A model generated the notes under the pieces. The model was given only the letters and a program-made list of their open reading frames with translations. It ran no database searches and had not been told where the DNA came from. A program made the position numbers and the translations under genes. Of a stretch of 64,000 nt of DNA, positions 10,503 to 22,909 are shown one piece after another. The DNA is from Patellaria atrata CBS 101060 (Eukaryota). The stretch spans positions 1 through 64,000 of the forward strand of contig MU006114.1 of NCBI GenBank assembly GCA_010093705.1, given 5' to 3'. How positions within the stretch are numbered: position 1 is the stretch's first letter; every line of letters starts with the position of its first letter.

Positions 10503-11949
10503 TTTCAAGTCTCTATTATTGAGGAATACCACTCCTGCGTTCAAAATTATTTTTGGAGGTCAATTCTTTTGCAAATGTCAGATATGTCCATCAAACGTGC
10601 ATTTTCATGCACCCAAGCCCTGAAACCAGCGAAGAAATGTATCTAAGGCCGGTAGGGTGTGTATACCTTAAGGTGTATCGGTTTGGAACGAAGGTTCGTC
10701 GATATTCACGCGTTTAAGGAGTTTCGAGGTTTTGTCAGATTACGAAGGCAATTTCTTGGGCGAGGGAACTATTCGTAGCGAAATCAGGTTTATAGTGTTC
10801 AATGGGTAGAATCCTGCCACAGCAGGAAATGAAGGGTCCGAGGAAAGTTCGTAAAGCTGGTATATAGGTGGAGTGAACAGGTGTTTGCACAAGTCAAGCA
10901 GTTCGAACTGCGGAGAGAGAATAAAAGAGGACATGATTATGGATGCAAAAGGAGAGCGAGTTTGAGGCAGCTCGTGTCCCTGGTCGCGATCGTAATTCTG
11001 CGGATGTTGCTCACTGTCCTCGATCTGAGGATATTTGCCAAGCCAGATGAGGATCGAGAAATTTTATTAAGATTTGATTGGTGAAATATTGAACCCCGAG
11101 GGGGTGCTGGCGGAGTATTGTGGCAAGCTAGCGTCCCAGGGGCGCCGCGATGGGGTTTAATGCTCGGATTGGCTACGCACCAAAGAAGCGCACTAAACCC
11201 TATCGAAGACTCCCCAACGCAAAAGGTCTAGACTGTCTAGCAGTTGATCTTTGCAGCCACCTCCATTTGACCATATCCGACGGCATTATTACGGTACTAC
11301 CTTTGTGTACTGTGTACGACGATTACTCCGTACTCTGATCAACCTCCTCTCATCAATATATCCGTTCTGTTCTCATCTTTGTTAGAAGGCTTCTCAGATG
11401 CATCCTCGATAATAAGTGAAAAGAGTCAGGCCAATACAGTAATATGCACCATCCACCACAAATACCCAATACCAGCTTCTAACACACTCCATTTTAGATG
11501 CCACCTCTCAACGCCGCGCTGATGAGGCCCTGCGTTTATCCGTGAAACGAAGCTTTTGAACGATTTCCTCCTAAACTCTCGATCCTCAACCCACCACGCC
11601 AACATCCGATGAGACGGTAACACCATCTTACTTGTCAGTTCCTCTACAAGTAAGCTCATTAAAAGTGTCATCGCCGCTTGCAGCCATGCATTCGCGACCT
11701 GCATTTGAACTTCCTACGCACCCAGTTCCGCTTGTGCCATCCGTCACTACTACTGTACCATAGTCTAGAACTGACTGTCATCCATGTTTGCCGTAGAGGG
11801 AAGCGCCGATCTTTTTAGAGTCTCTTCCGCACTTTTCGGGTAATTTTAGTCCCTGAAACACCTTCTAAAGCGCCTATCTTCACTTTATCCTGTTGTTCAA
11901 CGTTCGAACTACTGAACGTTTACGGCGTCAAAGACTCTGAAACCTAATA

Positions 11950-12130
11950 GTCGATCACACGGGGCTAACTCCGCGCAACAAGGCTGACGACGGCATCACG
12001 GGAATCAGGTCATCTCGCCACGCTTGCATACCGCTGCACGTTGTCGTCATCTCTCATAGAAACCGGAAGAATTTTACTGAACTAAGCATCCGCGCAATCC
12101 ATCGATCACGGCACCCACGCATCCACGTTG
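11950..12130 (-). promoter_or_regulatory. Candidate White Collar Complex (light-response/clock-box-like) element cluster upstream of frq
   Basis: Six GATG on the frq strand (CATC at 11994, 12011, 12048, 12087, 12100, 12120) and two GATC in ~180 bp. TCGATCAC and TCCGCGCAA are each duplicated. Confidence 0.4.
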
Positions 12131-14857
12131 TAGACAGTTCGTTCTCCGTATCCCACAAAGAAGTATGTGTCGCGAACAATAAAGAGTACGGTACGTCATA
12201 TGGCGTATTGTACAAAGTACTCTATGTTTTGCTGTTGGCCTCCCGTCCTTCATCCATCGAGCGCATGCCGCGTTGGTAAATATACAATGCCCACGCCAAG
12301 ACTATCTCCAAAACGATCAAAATGGACGCCCAAAATACTTTTACGGCCTAATATACGGAGCTCAATCTGGAAATAAACACTCGAAACCGTACATCTGAAA
12401 CCAACTCTGAAATTGTTTTGCAGTATCTTTCCAACGGCTGAACCAGATGTCGCAATACGGTTATCTACTATCAGTATTCGAGGAATACGGTACATCAAGT
12501 CTAAACCGATTGCAGAGCTTCTTAGTCAACCGAGCTGTAGCTGTAAAGTAGGTGGAAACTCAAAATGCTTGCCAGCGGTGGCGTGAGCGGACTTCTCTTT
12601 ATCTCACACACCGCTTGCAATGGACAGGGGATATTTACTCGTTATCCTCGCTTTTCTCCTATCTTTGTTGGTCTTTATTTTACCAGTCAAGTTCAATTCA
12701 AGCTCGGGGACAAATATGCAGGGCGACCTGAATCAATACATCCTATAGTCACCTGATGATCCTGGCTACAGATTATCAATTTTAGGAAGAAGAATAATGG
12801 ATGGTAGGTGAGGTAAGTTTCCTAAATTATCTACTTTCCATCGTCGATCATCATACGATGGTAAAATCTTCGTTATTGAAATCCTCCTCTTTATGTTCGT
12901 AAGCAAATGTTTAAGTTATTTCCACGTAAGGTTTCACAACGTGTTCCTTCCTTCGGAAACGAGATGGGTAGATGGTTCATCTGGTACCCTGATGCGTTGC
13001 GCGATTCTGCAACCCCAACGTCTGCTGTCCAACTCACAGCGCGGCTGCACAAGCCACAAATTCCGGTTAGGGTTCTCATATTGGCCAGTCGGGCTAAAGG
13101 AGAGCCTCTTTGTCGCTGGAGGATTCATCAAAATAAAAAAGTCCTCATGAATGCCCTAAGCGTATAGAACTCATCTATACTTCTGACCAGGCTTAAAAAC
13201 ATGTTATCTAGGTTCATACTTGTATTTTTTCAACTACCGTATCCTGAGCTGAAATTCAGTAAAGACTGTCAGACTTCCGAAACCGAACTTCTGAGGACAG
13301 TACAAGGTTCTGGGAGCGGAACAACACTTGTACACTCTTCATGCTTGCTTACACTACTGCAGTCACCATAGCTTTGGCCAAACCTAAGTCTGGTAGCTCA
13401 AGTAAGGGATCCGCAGAGAGCTTATTAGTCGATTGTAGTAAGGTCTGAAGCGCATTCCTTCCCCTTTCAAAAGCCTGGTAGAGTGTATAACCAGGAACAA
13501 GTAGCAACAAACCTATCTCATAGTATCTCTAATATCAGATGTACTAAATGACCCCTTAACTCACAATCAAGTGATGATATTACCACAACGTCAACAATAT
13601 CTCCCCTCAGTCAAACTATACCAATCCTCCCTCACCAGTACAGACCCTTGAATACGTGTCGCCGATCCAGCCGTACCGAACCACCGGGTCGTACTAAGAA
13701 CCAGACCGTACCGAGTGACTCAACCCTTGAACAATCACCGCAAGAAATTTGTTCACCGGTCCGTTCGAAACACCGGAGCATACACGACCACTTCACGGTA
13801 TCCATTGTCCGTCCCGTATAACATCAACAGACCCAAGGTTTCTACACATCGCACCAACACCTGAACACATGCCGACCCTCCCACCCATCCTGCCGTCGTC
13901 ACCCGGGCTTACCGTCCAGCCACCCAGAAGGTCTTTGGCTCTGCTGTACGCGGCCGCCAGACTGTCCAGCTGACCCGCCGCGTACGAACGCGTCCAGTGT
14001 AGTTGTTTACGGGATGCGGTATCGGTTTCGTGAATGTGTACCAGCACTGGTAGCACGCGCGTAGCGACTGTACATACAACCCGGAACTGAGTACTTAGCT
14101 GTGATGGGGGATCGAAAAGCTGGATTTGGTTGGGATGTGGTTACTCCTATTTTCTGGTATTGAGGGGGTGGTGGGTTCGTTCGTCTAGGCTTTCTATGCG
14201 AGAGCAATATTCCGTAAGGTATGTACTAAAAGTGATATTACTCAGATATCCCCCGTTGTGTATAGGTCATCCAAGTCATTGTTGGCGGACTCGTGATACC
14301 ATCTCATGCGGGTGATCTGGAGGTACTGTACATTCTTTGCCCTGGGTATACATTCGAATGGCAGGGTAGGAACAGGATTATAGTATTCCTTCTTTTGGGG
14401 AAGGTATGCTGGGATCCCGAGTCTCCAGCTTCCTTTACTAGCTAGGAGAAGGACCATTCCGGAGAGCATGCGGTGCATCGCTAGAAGTAAGGTCCTTACT
14501 CCTTGATCAGTAGTTTGGGGTATTGTTTTTGAATCCCTTCTTATGATTCTTTCGAGTGTACGATGGCTAAGAGGTGTAGAATGTGGGACGGGAAGACATG
14601 AGAATGTCCAAATGATGGGGTAATAGGGTTAGTGATGGCTGAAAGATACCTTCTGCAGTTTTATGGTTTTAATTATACAAACTAGTTATGGGAGAGTATG
14701 AAAGCGGATAGAAAAACTAGAACACGACTTTACGCAATTGTGACCGTTTCAATTACAGCTCCTAACGTCATGCATTTCCCCTAGAAGATGCATAAGGCCA
14801 GAAACAATACTCAACTACAATTCTTACCGTACAATACAATCTTACTTGTCCTACAAC

Positions 14858-15764
14858 TTAAACCTTCGTAAACCTCAAATACGGCCTCACCTCCCTAACA
14901 TCTCCAAACTCCTTCTTCGCTTCTTCCGTGCTCACCGGCGGTGGCACAATCACGTCATCCCCAGGCGCCCAATCGATAGGAGTGGTAACGCCCTTACTAT
15001 CGCCGGTTTGCAACGAGTCAACGACCCTCAGCACCTCTTTGGAGTTGCGTCCCGTCGAGGCCGGGTACATCATCGTCAGACGTATCTTCTTGCTCGGGTC
15101 AATGATAAAAACGGAGCGGATGGTGAAGGCGATGCCCTTTTCGTCGATGTTGGTCAGGTCCTGTTGGTCGACCATGTCGTAGAGCCAGGCGATGCACCGG
15201 TCGGCGTCGGCGATGATGGGGAAGTCGAGTGTTGTTGAGGATATTGTGTTGATGTCATCTATCCATTTATCGTGGGAGTTCAGATTGTTGGCGCTCTAGG
15301 AGTGGGAGAATTAGTGGGATCGTTGCGTGTGGTAGTAGTGGGAAGGAAAGGGATTACATACCAGTCCAATCATCTTGACACCCCGCTTGTCGAATTCGGA
15401 TTTGAGCTTGGAGAAGGCGCCTAGTTCGGTTGTGCATACTGGAGTGAAATCGGCAGGATGGGAGAAGAGGATAACCCAGCTGTTGCCGATATAATCGTGG
15501 AAATCGATCTCGCCTTTTGTTGTCTTTGCTTTGAAATTGGGGGCTGGTGATTATGGTATCAGCGCGGGATTCAGATTATTTACGCGTGAAGAAATACTAG
15601 CCTACGGACCCAAGCCGAAGACGCGGTTGTTCTCCTGAAGGTGTTGCTAGATATCTTCGAAAGAGGGGTACCGCGGGGTGTATGAATGTGGGATTGGGGC
15701 GAGCAATTGGTCTTGCAGCAAATCGCAAAGCCCTTGGAGATGTGCGTGAGAGTATTGATGTCAT
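14858..15764 (-). CDS. prx1: Mitochondrial 1-Cys peroxiredoxin; exons 15764-15602, 15543-15362, 15295-14858
   Basis: Arg-rich presequence, LRLGSVAPNF, LFSHPADFTPVCTTE, FTIRSVFIIDP, YPASTGRN, C-terminal YLRFTKV. The first intron needs a GC donor. Confidence 0.96.
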
Positions 15765-16167
15765 TTCATAAGTAATATGAAGAGAATTGTGGTGATTCGG
15801 GAGAAAAATTGTTGTAGAGGTGTTGTATATGAAGCTATGAAAAGCTTCCATCTGATGGCATCATCAACATCCAAACGGAAACAATTCCGACGGACTCGCG
15901 GCAATACACCGGCTTTTGGCCTCAGGAACGAGCAATCGGAAAATCTCGGGCCGGGAACTATTCTGCAAAAGGTCAATTAAGTGCTAAGCGGATCGGAGCT
16001 TAGTGCATGTCATTATCATTCCCATCGGGATCCTCACATACGAGCAAAAAGTTGTATTATACACCACTCATATCAACAAATTCACTCGTTTGCGGTCAAT
16101 TGCTGAAGGTGGATCTGGATCTATATATTCTGCACAGTCTAATAGACTTTTAGCCAGATTTCGGGGC

Positions 16168-17608
16168 ATGACCTCTCGTTCGAGCCGAGCTTCCCAGCTC
16201 ATAACTTCTTCTTTCGCCTCCAATCGTCCCCGATTACTCAGATTTCCACAGTGTAGAGCTTGTTTGGACAGCTCCTTAGCAAATCAAACCTCCTGCAAAG
16301 CTTCTCATCATTCTCAACGACGAGAACTATCTTCCCTCGCAGCCGCAGTCTCCGCTGCTCAACATGTCTTCCGCGACAACCCTTTACCCCCAGGTTCCCC
16401 GATATCAATTGATCCCCTACGGAGCGTTGCGAAGGAGATGAAGTTCTTGACGAAGAATATACGCCAATTGATAGGTTCTGGACATCCTTCACTGGACACC
16501 GTGTCGAAGTACTACACACAATCGGAGGGGAAATATGTGCGACCAATGCTCGTACTACTTATGTCCCGAGCTACAGCTCTCACACCCAAAACCCCTCGAT
16601 CTATGATACCATCCTCCACAACCGTCAATTCACCTCTATCCTCCGAAAACATATTAGTAGATTCAAACCCTTCGGTCCCAGAATACGCTCCCCTTACATC
16701 TCCTGCCGCAGATGCCACTTACACAAATGATCTTTCAGACATCCTCCCCTCCCAAAGACGCCTCGCCGAAATCACGGAACTCATCCACACCGCCTCCCTC
16801 CTCCACGATGACGTGATCGACCACTCCGTCGCGCGCCGCTCCGCCCCCTCCGCAAATATCGAATTCGGTAACAAGATGGCCGTCCTAGCTGGGGACTTCC
16901 TGCTCGGCCGGGCCTCCGTCGCGCTCGCCCGCCTCCGCGATCCCGAAGTGATCGAGCTCCTTGCGACCGTCATCGCGAACCTTGTCGAGGGCGAGTTCAT
17001 GCAGCTAAAGAACACGGCGCAGGATGAGAAAAACCCGGTCTGGAAAGAGGAGACCCTGACGTACTATCTGCAAAAGACATATCTCAAGTCCGCAAGTTTG
17101 ATCAGCAAGTCCTGTCGCGCGGCCGCGTTGCTAGGGCAGAGCGCACCGGAGGTCGTTGAGGCGGCGTACCAGTACGGCAAGAATCTTGGGTTGGCGTTTC
17201 AGCTTGTGGATGATATGTTGGATTATACCATCAGCGGAGCGGAGTTGGGAAAACCCGCGGGTGCGGATCTAGAGCTGGGCCTGGCAACTGCACCGTTGCT
17301 GTTCGCGTGGAAGGATAATAAGCAGCTGGGACCGCTGGTTGGGAGGAAGTTTTCGGGGGACACGGATGTTCAAACGGTAAGCATGACCACCTTTCCTAAC
17401 CTTGCGAATGCCCTATCGCTATGGAAAGGATGCTAATTATTCACAGGCCCGCAGCATGGTCCTCGCATCCTCCGGTCTCGAGAAAACCCACGCCCTCGCC
17501 CAAAGCTACGTCGACAAAGCCATCGAAGCCATCTCGATCTTTCCAGACAGTGAAGCGAAAGACGGACTCATAGAGATGTGTACGAAGTCCCTGAAGAGAA
17601 GGAAATAG
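16168..17608 (+). CDS. coq1: Mitochondrial polyprenyl (hexa/decaprenyl) diphosphate synthase; intron 17377-17446
   Basis: GKYVRP, ELIHTASLLHDDVID, AVLAGDFLL, YLKSASL, AFQLVDDMLD, GKPAGADL; Arg/Ser-rich presequence from ATG 16168. Confidence 0.96.
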
Positions 17609-18025
17609 AAAAGATGGATGTACATACGAGACAATGTTTCTCTTTTTTGCCAAAGTTAGCAATCGACAGGGGCGTATATGTTCATGAGTAGAAAGCCGTG
17701 TTCCTGGCTTTCACTTAGTGTTGTGGTGAGCTGAGTTAAGCTGGTTAGACTGTGAGGTTGTGGTCGTGACGCATTGGTCTTGTGGTTGTTGCGCTGCTAC
17801 ACTCAGCATATTCATACTGTACATATGGTAATCGAACTCGAAACTCAATCGGGAAAAGGGAATAGGAGGTCAATTGAACGAACATACACACTTATCAATC
17901 TTCGGATATCGGATACCCTTGAACTCTTGACAGCTACCACATCCTGTGACGCCTGCCACAACTCCCAAAGACTCTTATCCGGCCCCATAACGCCTCTGAC
18001 TGAGGTATCTCAACCGCTTTTCTGA

Positions 18026-19212
18026 TTAATCCCCACTCCCCGCCCTCGCCCTCATAGCCTGCGCCTGCGCCTGCGTCAACCCCTGCCACTCACTTCTCCC
18101 CGCCGTGGGTGTCATAGCTCGTCTCCTCTCAACCGGACTCCAATCCAAGCCGGCCCTCTCCTCCTCTGCCGTCATGATCCCGGGCGTAACAGGCGCCACA
18201 TCCGCCCCAAACGCCGCTCCAGCATCCTCAAGCACCAGCCTCACATCGCCCGCTCTACGGCGTCGATGGCCTTGCCCCACACCTTCCGTCCCCGTCGGCG
18301 CAACAGCCATCCGCCCCCGCTCCATCTCCAGCACCAGAGACCGGAAATACCGCTCCGCGGCCACGGTGGCGCTGTAGGCCACGGGCGTCCAGGAGTACGC
18401 GTTCGCGATGTGCGGGGACCAGCCGGCGGCGAGGAGGAGACGGATCGATTTCAGCTCGCCGGCTGCGGAGGCGTGGTGGAGGGCTGTGTTGCCAGCTGCG
18501 TCGCGGGCGTCGGGGACGGGGCGGTGGAGGACGGGGATCGAGGAGGAGAGGAGGGGTGGGAGGAGTGGGGGTGTGTGGAGGGCTGAGAGGGAGAGCTGTG
18601 GGAGAGGTTTAGTAGGGGGTTGTATGAAGGGATAGGGGAAAACGAACCGCGTCGAGACCCTCCTTGTTGGTCCATGGAATGCAGCGTGGGAACCGCTCGA
18701 TGAGGAGCTTGCCGGTTTCCAGCTGCTTGTTTTCGGCCGCGAGCATGAGTGCCGTCGACCAGTCTGTGTTGCGGGATATGCCATCATCTTCGTGGCCGGC
18801 GGTGATGAGGAATTCCTGTTTAGCAGATCAATCAATCAGTCCCTCTGTATTGCTACCCCGAGCTCCTAGGATTAAAGCTGATATTATATTCGCCCCGCGG
18901 TGAAGGACGCAGGAGGTCGACCGTGGGAATACAAAGAGAATGACCACAATCTCCAATTGTTACGAGAAGATGCACATACTACGATCTGTACAAAACCAGC
19001 TTTCGCCGCTATATGTAGGCTTGTGTTGCTTTTGTCCTCAAAATCAGGGTTCTGGAGCTGATTTGGGTTGTTTTTAATAATGCGTCTGACGAGCGAAAGG
19101 TCGTTGAGGAGAATCGCGCGGCGGAGACGCAGGGAGACATCGATCCTAAATGAGAATAGAAGGTTATTATAGTCCTAACTGTGCAATACAGCGAAATGTT
19201 TTGAACATACAT
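18026..19212 (-). CDS. avo2: Ankyrin-repeat protein, Avo2-like (TORC2 subunit); exons 19212-19211, 19145-18980, 18815-18648, 18595-18026
   Basis: Spliced product MIDVSLRLRRAILLNDL...NTSLHIAA...EFLITAGHEDDGISRN...TALMLAA...GNTALHHASAAG...NAYSWTPVAYSAT, with canonical GT-AG introns. Orthology is from motif recall only. Confidence 0.8.
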
Positions 19213-19460
19213 CGTATCAGCATTGTGTTGTGTTATTAGGTGTGGGGTTGTAGACGGCGAGACGTGAGGTTTACACGAGGGGTTACGCGAATAATCATAT
19301 TGCCTAATACGGTAATACCGAAGCCCTGAAATCAACTCTCATTATGAACTGAGCTCATTGATGTTAATTACCTATCTATCGTAAAGCTTTACGCTAAATG
19401 ATACACGCTACGATTATAGCTTCCAACGCCCTCCCCCATTATCTCCTTTTATTTGACATA

Positions 19461-21024
19461 CTACAACCCCTCAAACTCCCCTCCCGCATCATCCTCATCA
19501 ATATCACCATCTTGAATCTCCTTCGCCAGTTCCCTCTCCCGCTCTCTTGCTTCCTGTGCATTTTTCAACTCAAGTCTATGCTGATTCATGGGGAATCTCA
19601 TAGCTTTAACACTCTCATCGTGCAGCGCTAAACACGCCCTGATACGCTCATGAAAGGCCTCCCCTGGTTCTCGGGTTGCGTACACGTCGCCAGCTTGCTT
19701 AGTCTGCATATACCCTTTCTCATGATCGACATCCGCTTCAATAACGCCGTCACGGACAGCTTTATCCACGATGTATTCGGCCGACTCTTCCGATTCAAGA
19801 CCAAGGCGGATGCAGATATCTCGGAGGGAAATGCGGGAGTAAGAGAGGGATAGCATGCGGATTCCTGTCTTGATAACATTCTGTCGTAGTCTCAGAATTA
19901 GAGTGTGAGTTCCGTCCTTGACAAAGCTCGAAGAGTGCTGTTGCACTACACGTGCGAAATTCTGGAGATCTCCAACTCGAACGGCTTGTACAAGGCGGAA
20001 ATACGGTTCCAGTGCTACTTCAAGCTTGGGTTGGCTGAAAAGTGCGCGATCGGGAATGTCACCCATCAAGAGCTCAACAACAACGAGAAACTTCATTGAA
20101 GCTTGATAGAAACCCGCGGCGGTGGCGTTGCTGGGTGCTTTACGGGTGGCGCTGGTGAGGTGCTCATGGGCTTCGGTATAAGCGAGTTGGATTGCGCGAA
20201 TACGACCCAGATAGTAGAAGTATCTGGCGACCTGATTGTTCGGCGCGGTAGATGGGAATTGAGTTTGGCCGACGAGAAGATGTGCCTGGTTATTGTCGTC
20301 CGTGGATAGGTAATTGCGGAGAAGAAGCGTTGTGACGGAAGCTTGGGTATCTAGATCTTTTCGGAGAACTGCACTACGGAGAGCAGCGAGAAGTTTGACC
20401 CGGATATCAACGACTGGGGAGAGCTTCGATGGTGCTTTAGGATCTAGCCCTTCATGGAAGAGTTGAAAGTAAAAGTACGCTTTTGAACCTAGAGTATCGA
20501 GCGTTCTTCGGTTGAGCTCACGTATACTGTCGACGAGGTCGGAGGAAAATTCGGCGCCTTCCTGGTACTTCTTCGAATCATATAGATATACCTGTGGTAT
20601 GACATTAGCTTGAGCGGTTTTACCAACAGAAGTGGCGCGTTTATACCATGATCAATATGCTCAAGTAGACATCGATCTCCGGGATAGGTTCCTCGCCCTT
20701 TTTGCCATTCTCAACCTTTCCTGTTTTACCATTACTTGGGATGTTACTCGGATCTTCTCCAGTCACCCTAATCAGTTCCAAGCCCCGCTCGCTGCCCTGG
20801 GGGTACGCAAGGGTGATAGCCTCCGCCAACACTGAAGCAGTAAGACGTTTCCGTAACGAGGAGATTGATCTTAAAGCTCTCAATGTGAATCGTGCATCAA
20901 ACTGAGTAACAGCCCTCTCTAAAAGCGCAAAATTCGCCTTGATGTCGTTAACAACCTTTGATGATTCGGAAACTGTTGGTTCGGAGTCGGAGGTGGTGAT
21001 GACACCTTCCATGGAGTCGGCCAT
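19461..21024 (-). CDS. rpn3: 26S proteasome lid subunit Rpn3 (~502 aa); intron 20592-20646
   Basis: FDARFTLRALR, NRRTLD, LLLRNYL, ARYFYYLGRIRAIQLAY, LILRLRQNVIKTGIR (PCI domain), ALHDESVKAMRFP. The frame was checked as open from 20591 to the stop. Confidence 0.97.
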
Positions 21025-21304
21025 GGTGAAGTCTGATGCTGTTAAATTTTAAGGCGAAGATCCTTGGTAGTAACTGTACGGAAGAACCTCAGAGTATAAG
21101 CTTAGGTGGTCGATGAAGGATGCGAGGTGTTTGGGAGTTTGGTGTTGCTAGAGAAGCTCAGGCACAAGGTGAGAAGAAGCTCGCAGAGCCGCATTGCTTG
21201 TGATCGCTTGTTGACGAAGCGTCTCCCGCGATAGAGACCACAATTGTACTGTAAATATTCACAAACATCAATGATTCTCTTTTCTCTTTCTCGCCAATAA
21301 CCCA

Positions 21305-22324
21305 ATGACTGCAACTTCACTACTAGACGCTCATCTCGAGCAAATATCCCTCTGCGCCGCTTCCATAGCAGAGCTCCCGTACGTGTTCCACCATTATCTC
21401 CCCACCTAAAACTTCCCCCTTTCATAACCCCACGGACTCTCTCAAATACGAGTTCTTTCACGCATCATTACTTTTCGACTAACCTCCTTCAAGCTTCCCA
21501 CCCCCGAAAATCTTCACCAACGCACTCCTCCGTCCACACGACATCACAACCCTAATTCGAGATACCGAAGCACACGAACGCGCCCTTTTCTCCGTGCCCC
21601 CTCCTCCAGCCGTTTCCAAAGCGTCCGACCACAACATCAATACCTCATCCAACCGACGCAACACAACCTTCAACCCCCCGGGGGGCTCCAGCACGCTCTC
21701 TGGTGGCGGGCCTAACGCGGTCAGGGCACCGCGGCGAAACACCGCTGTAGCCGCGGTGTTAGGGACGGAGCTGGTGGAAAGGATACGGCAAGGAGGCGGT
21801 GGGGGAGCAGGCACGGGAGTCGGATACGGGGGTTATGTTGGAGGGGGCGGGAGGGAGAAGGGGGAAGTTGATGTTGAGGTGCTGTTGGAGGGGGCGAAGA
21901 AGTTGTGTGGGGTTTAGTGAGTATTGCTCTTCTTCAGAAACCAGGGTGATCTATTCGAATTCTAGGATCCAGTGTTTTGGATATGCTGATGGTTTTGGAT
22001 CGTAGCCCTATACCCGGCGCTCTTCAAAAGATCGCTCAACTCCACGCACGACACTCACGTCTTGTGTCGTCTATAGAACATTATGAGGTTTTGGTCGCCG
22101 AACAAGCGTCTGAACTGGCACGTATGAATAAAGCTAGCAATTGGGCTGAGGAAGAAGACGCAGAAGCGGAGCCCGCCGAAGTCATGACTGAAGATGAACG
22201 GCTATATGAAGAAGATCTAAGGCGAGACGAAGAGGAAATTCGGGAACTGGAGGCGAAGAAACGCATGCTCGAAGATCGTGTTAGTTCGATGGGGAAAGAT
22301 ATCACTGGCGTTCTAAGATTTTAA
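21305..22324 (+). CDS. spc34: DASH/Dam1 complex subunit Spc34; exons 21305-21378, 21494-21916, 22006-22324
   Basis: LLDAHLEQISLCAASIAELPFPPPKIFTNALL, DITTLIRDTEAHERALF, LLEGAKKLCGVYPIPG, C-terminal coiled coil. Confidence 0.93.
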
Positions 22325-22909
22325 GGGATACTAGAAAAACAGAGGGAAGCCCAATCATCGTGTTAATATGAAACTTCCAGTAGTGCGTAGATACCCAATT
22401 GTTGATGATTTGATATGGTCTCTATCTCTTTCGTATCTATCATTCTCTCGTTGTTGACACCTGCTACACCTAGACCGTGATTATCAGATCTGTCTGGTGA
22501 TTGTGCAGGAGTATAGCCTAATCAATCTCGTACGACTTCAGTCCTGACGTACAGTCGATTCACTTCTTTCACGAAGACTACGCTCCATATACAGGCGGTA
22601 ATTTGTGTAGTCTTTCCATTCGTACAATCGAATCCTCCCGCACAATCCAGACCCTCCACACATTTCACTCCATTTTGTAGCTGGTAAGGTATAAGTATGA
22701 TACAACGGGCGAGCTAGGAGACAAATGACAGGGAAACACGACCAACACTAAGAAATCTCTATCTGATCGTTGAGATTGTAGTGGGTATCATATACAAGCT
22801 AAACCTATCCCAAGTCCATAATCAGATCAATTTTGTCCCAAACCAACCCCAACAACCATTTCCCGTATACAAAAACCATCCCAAATCCTAAGCAATTCCC
22901 CACGACCCA

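Noticed and set aside
16003..16167. N-terminal extension of coq1 from a GTG start
   Set aside because: Non-ATG starts are unlikely here, and ATG 16168 begins a typical mitochondrial presequence.
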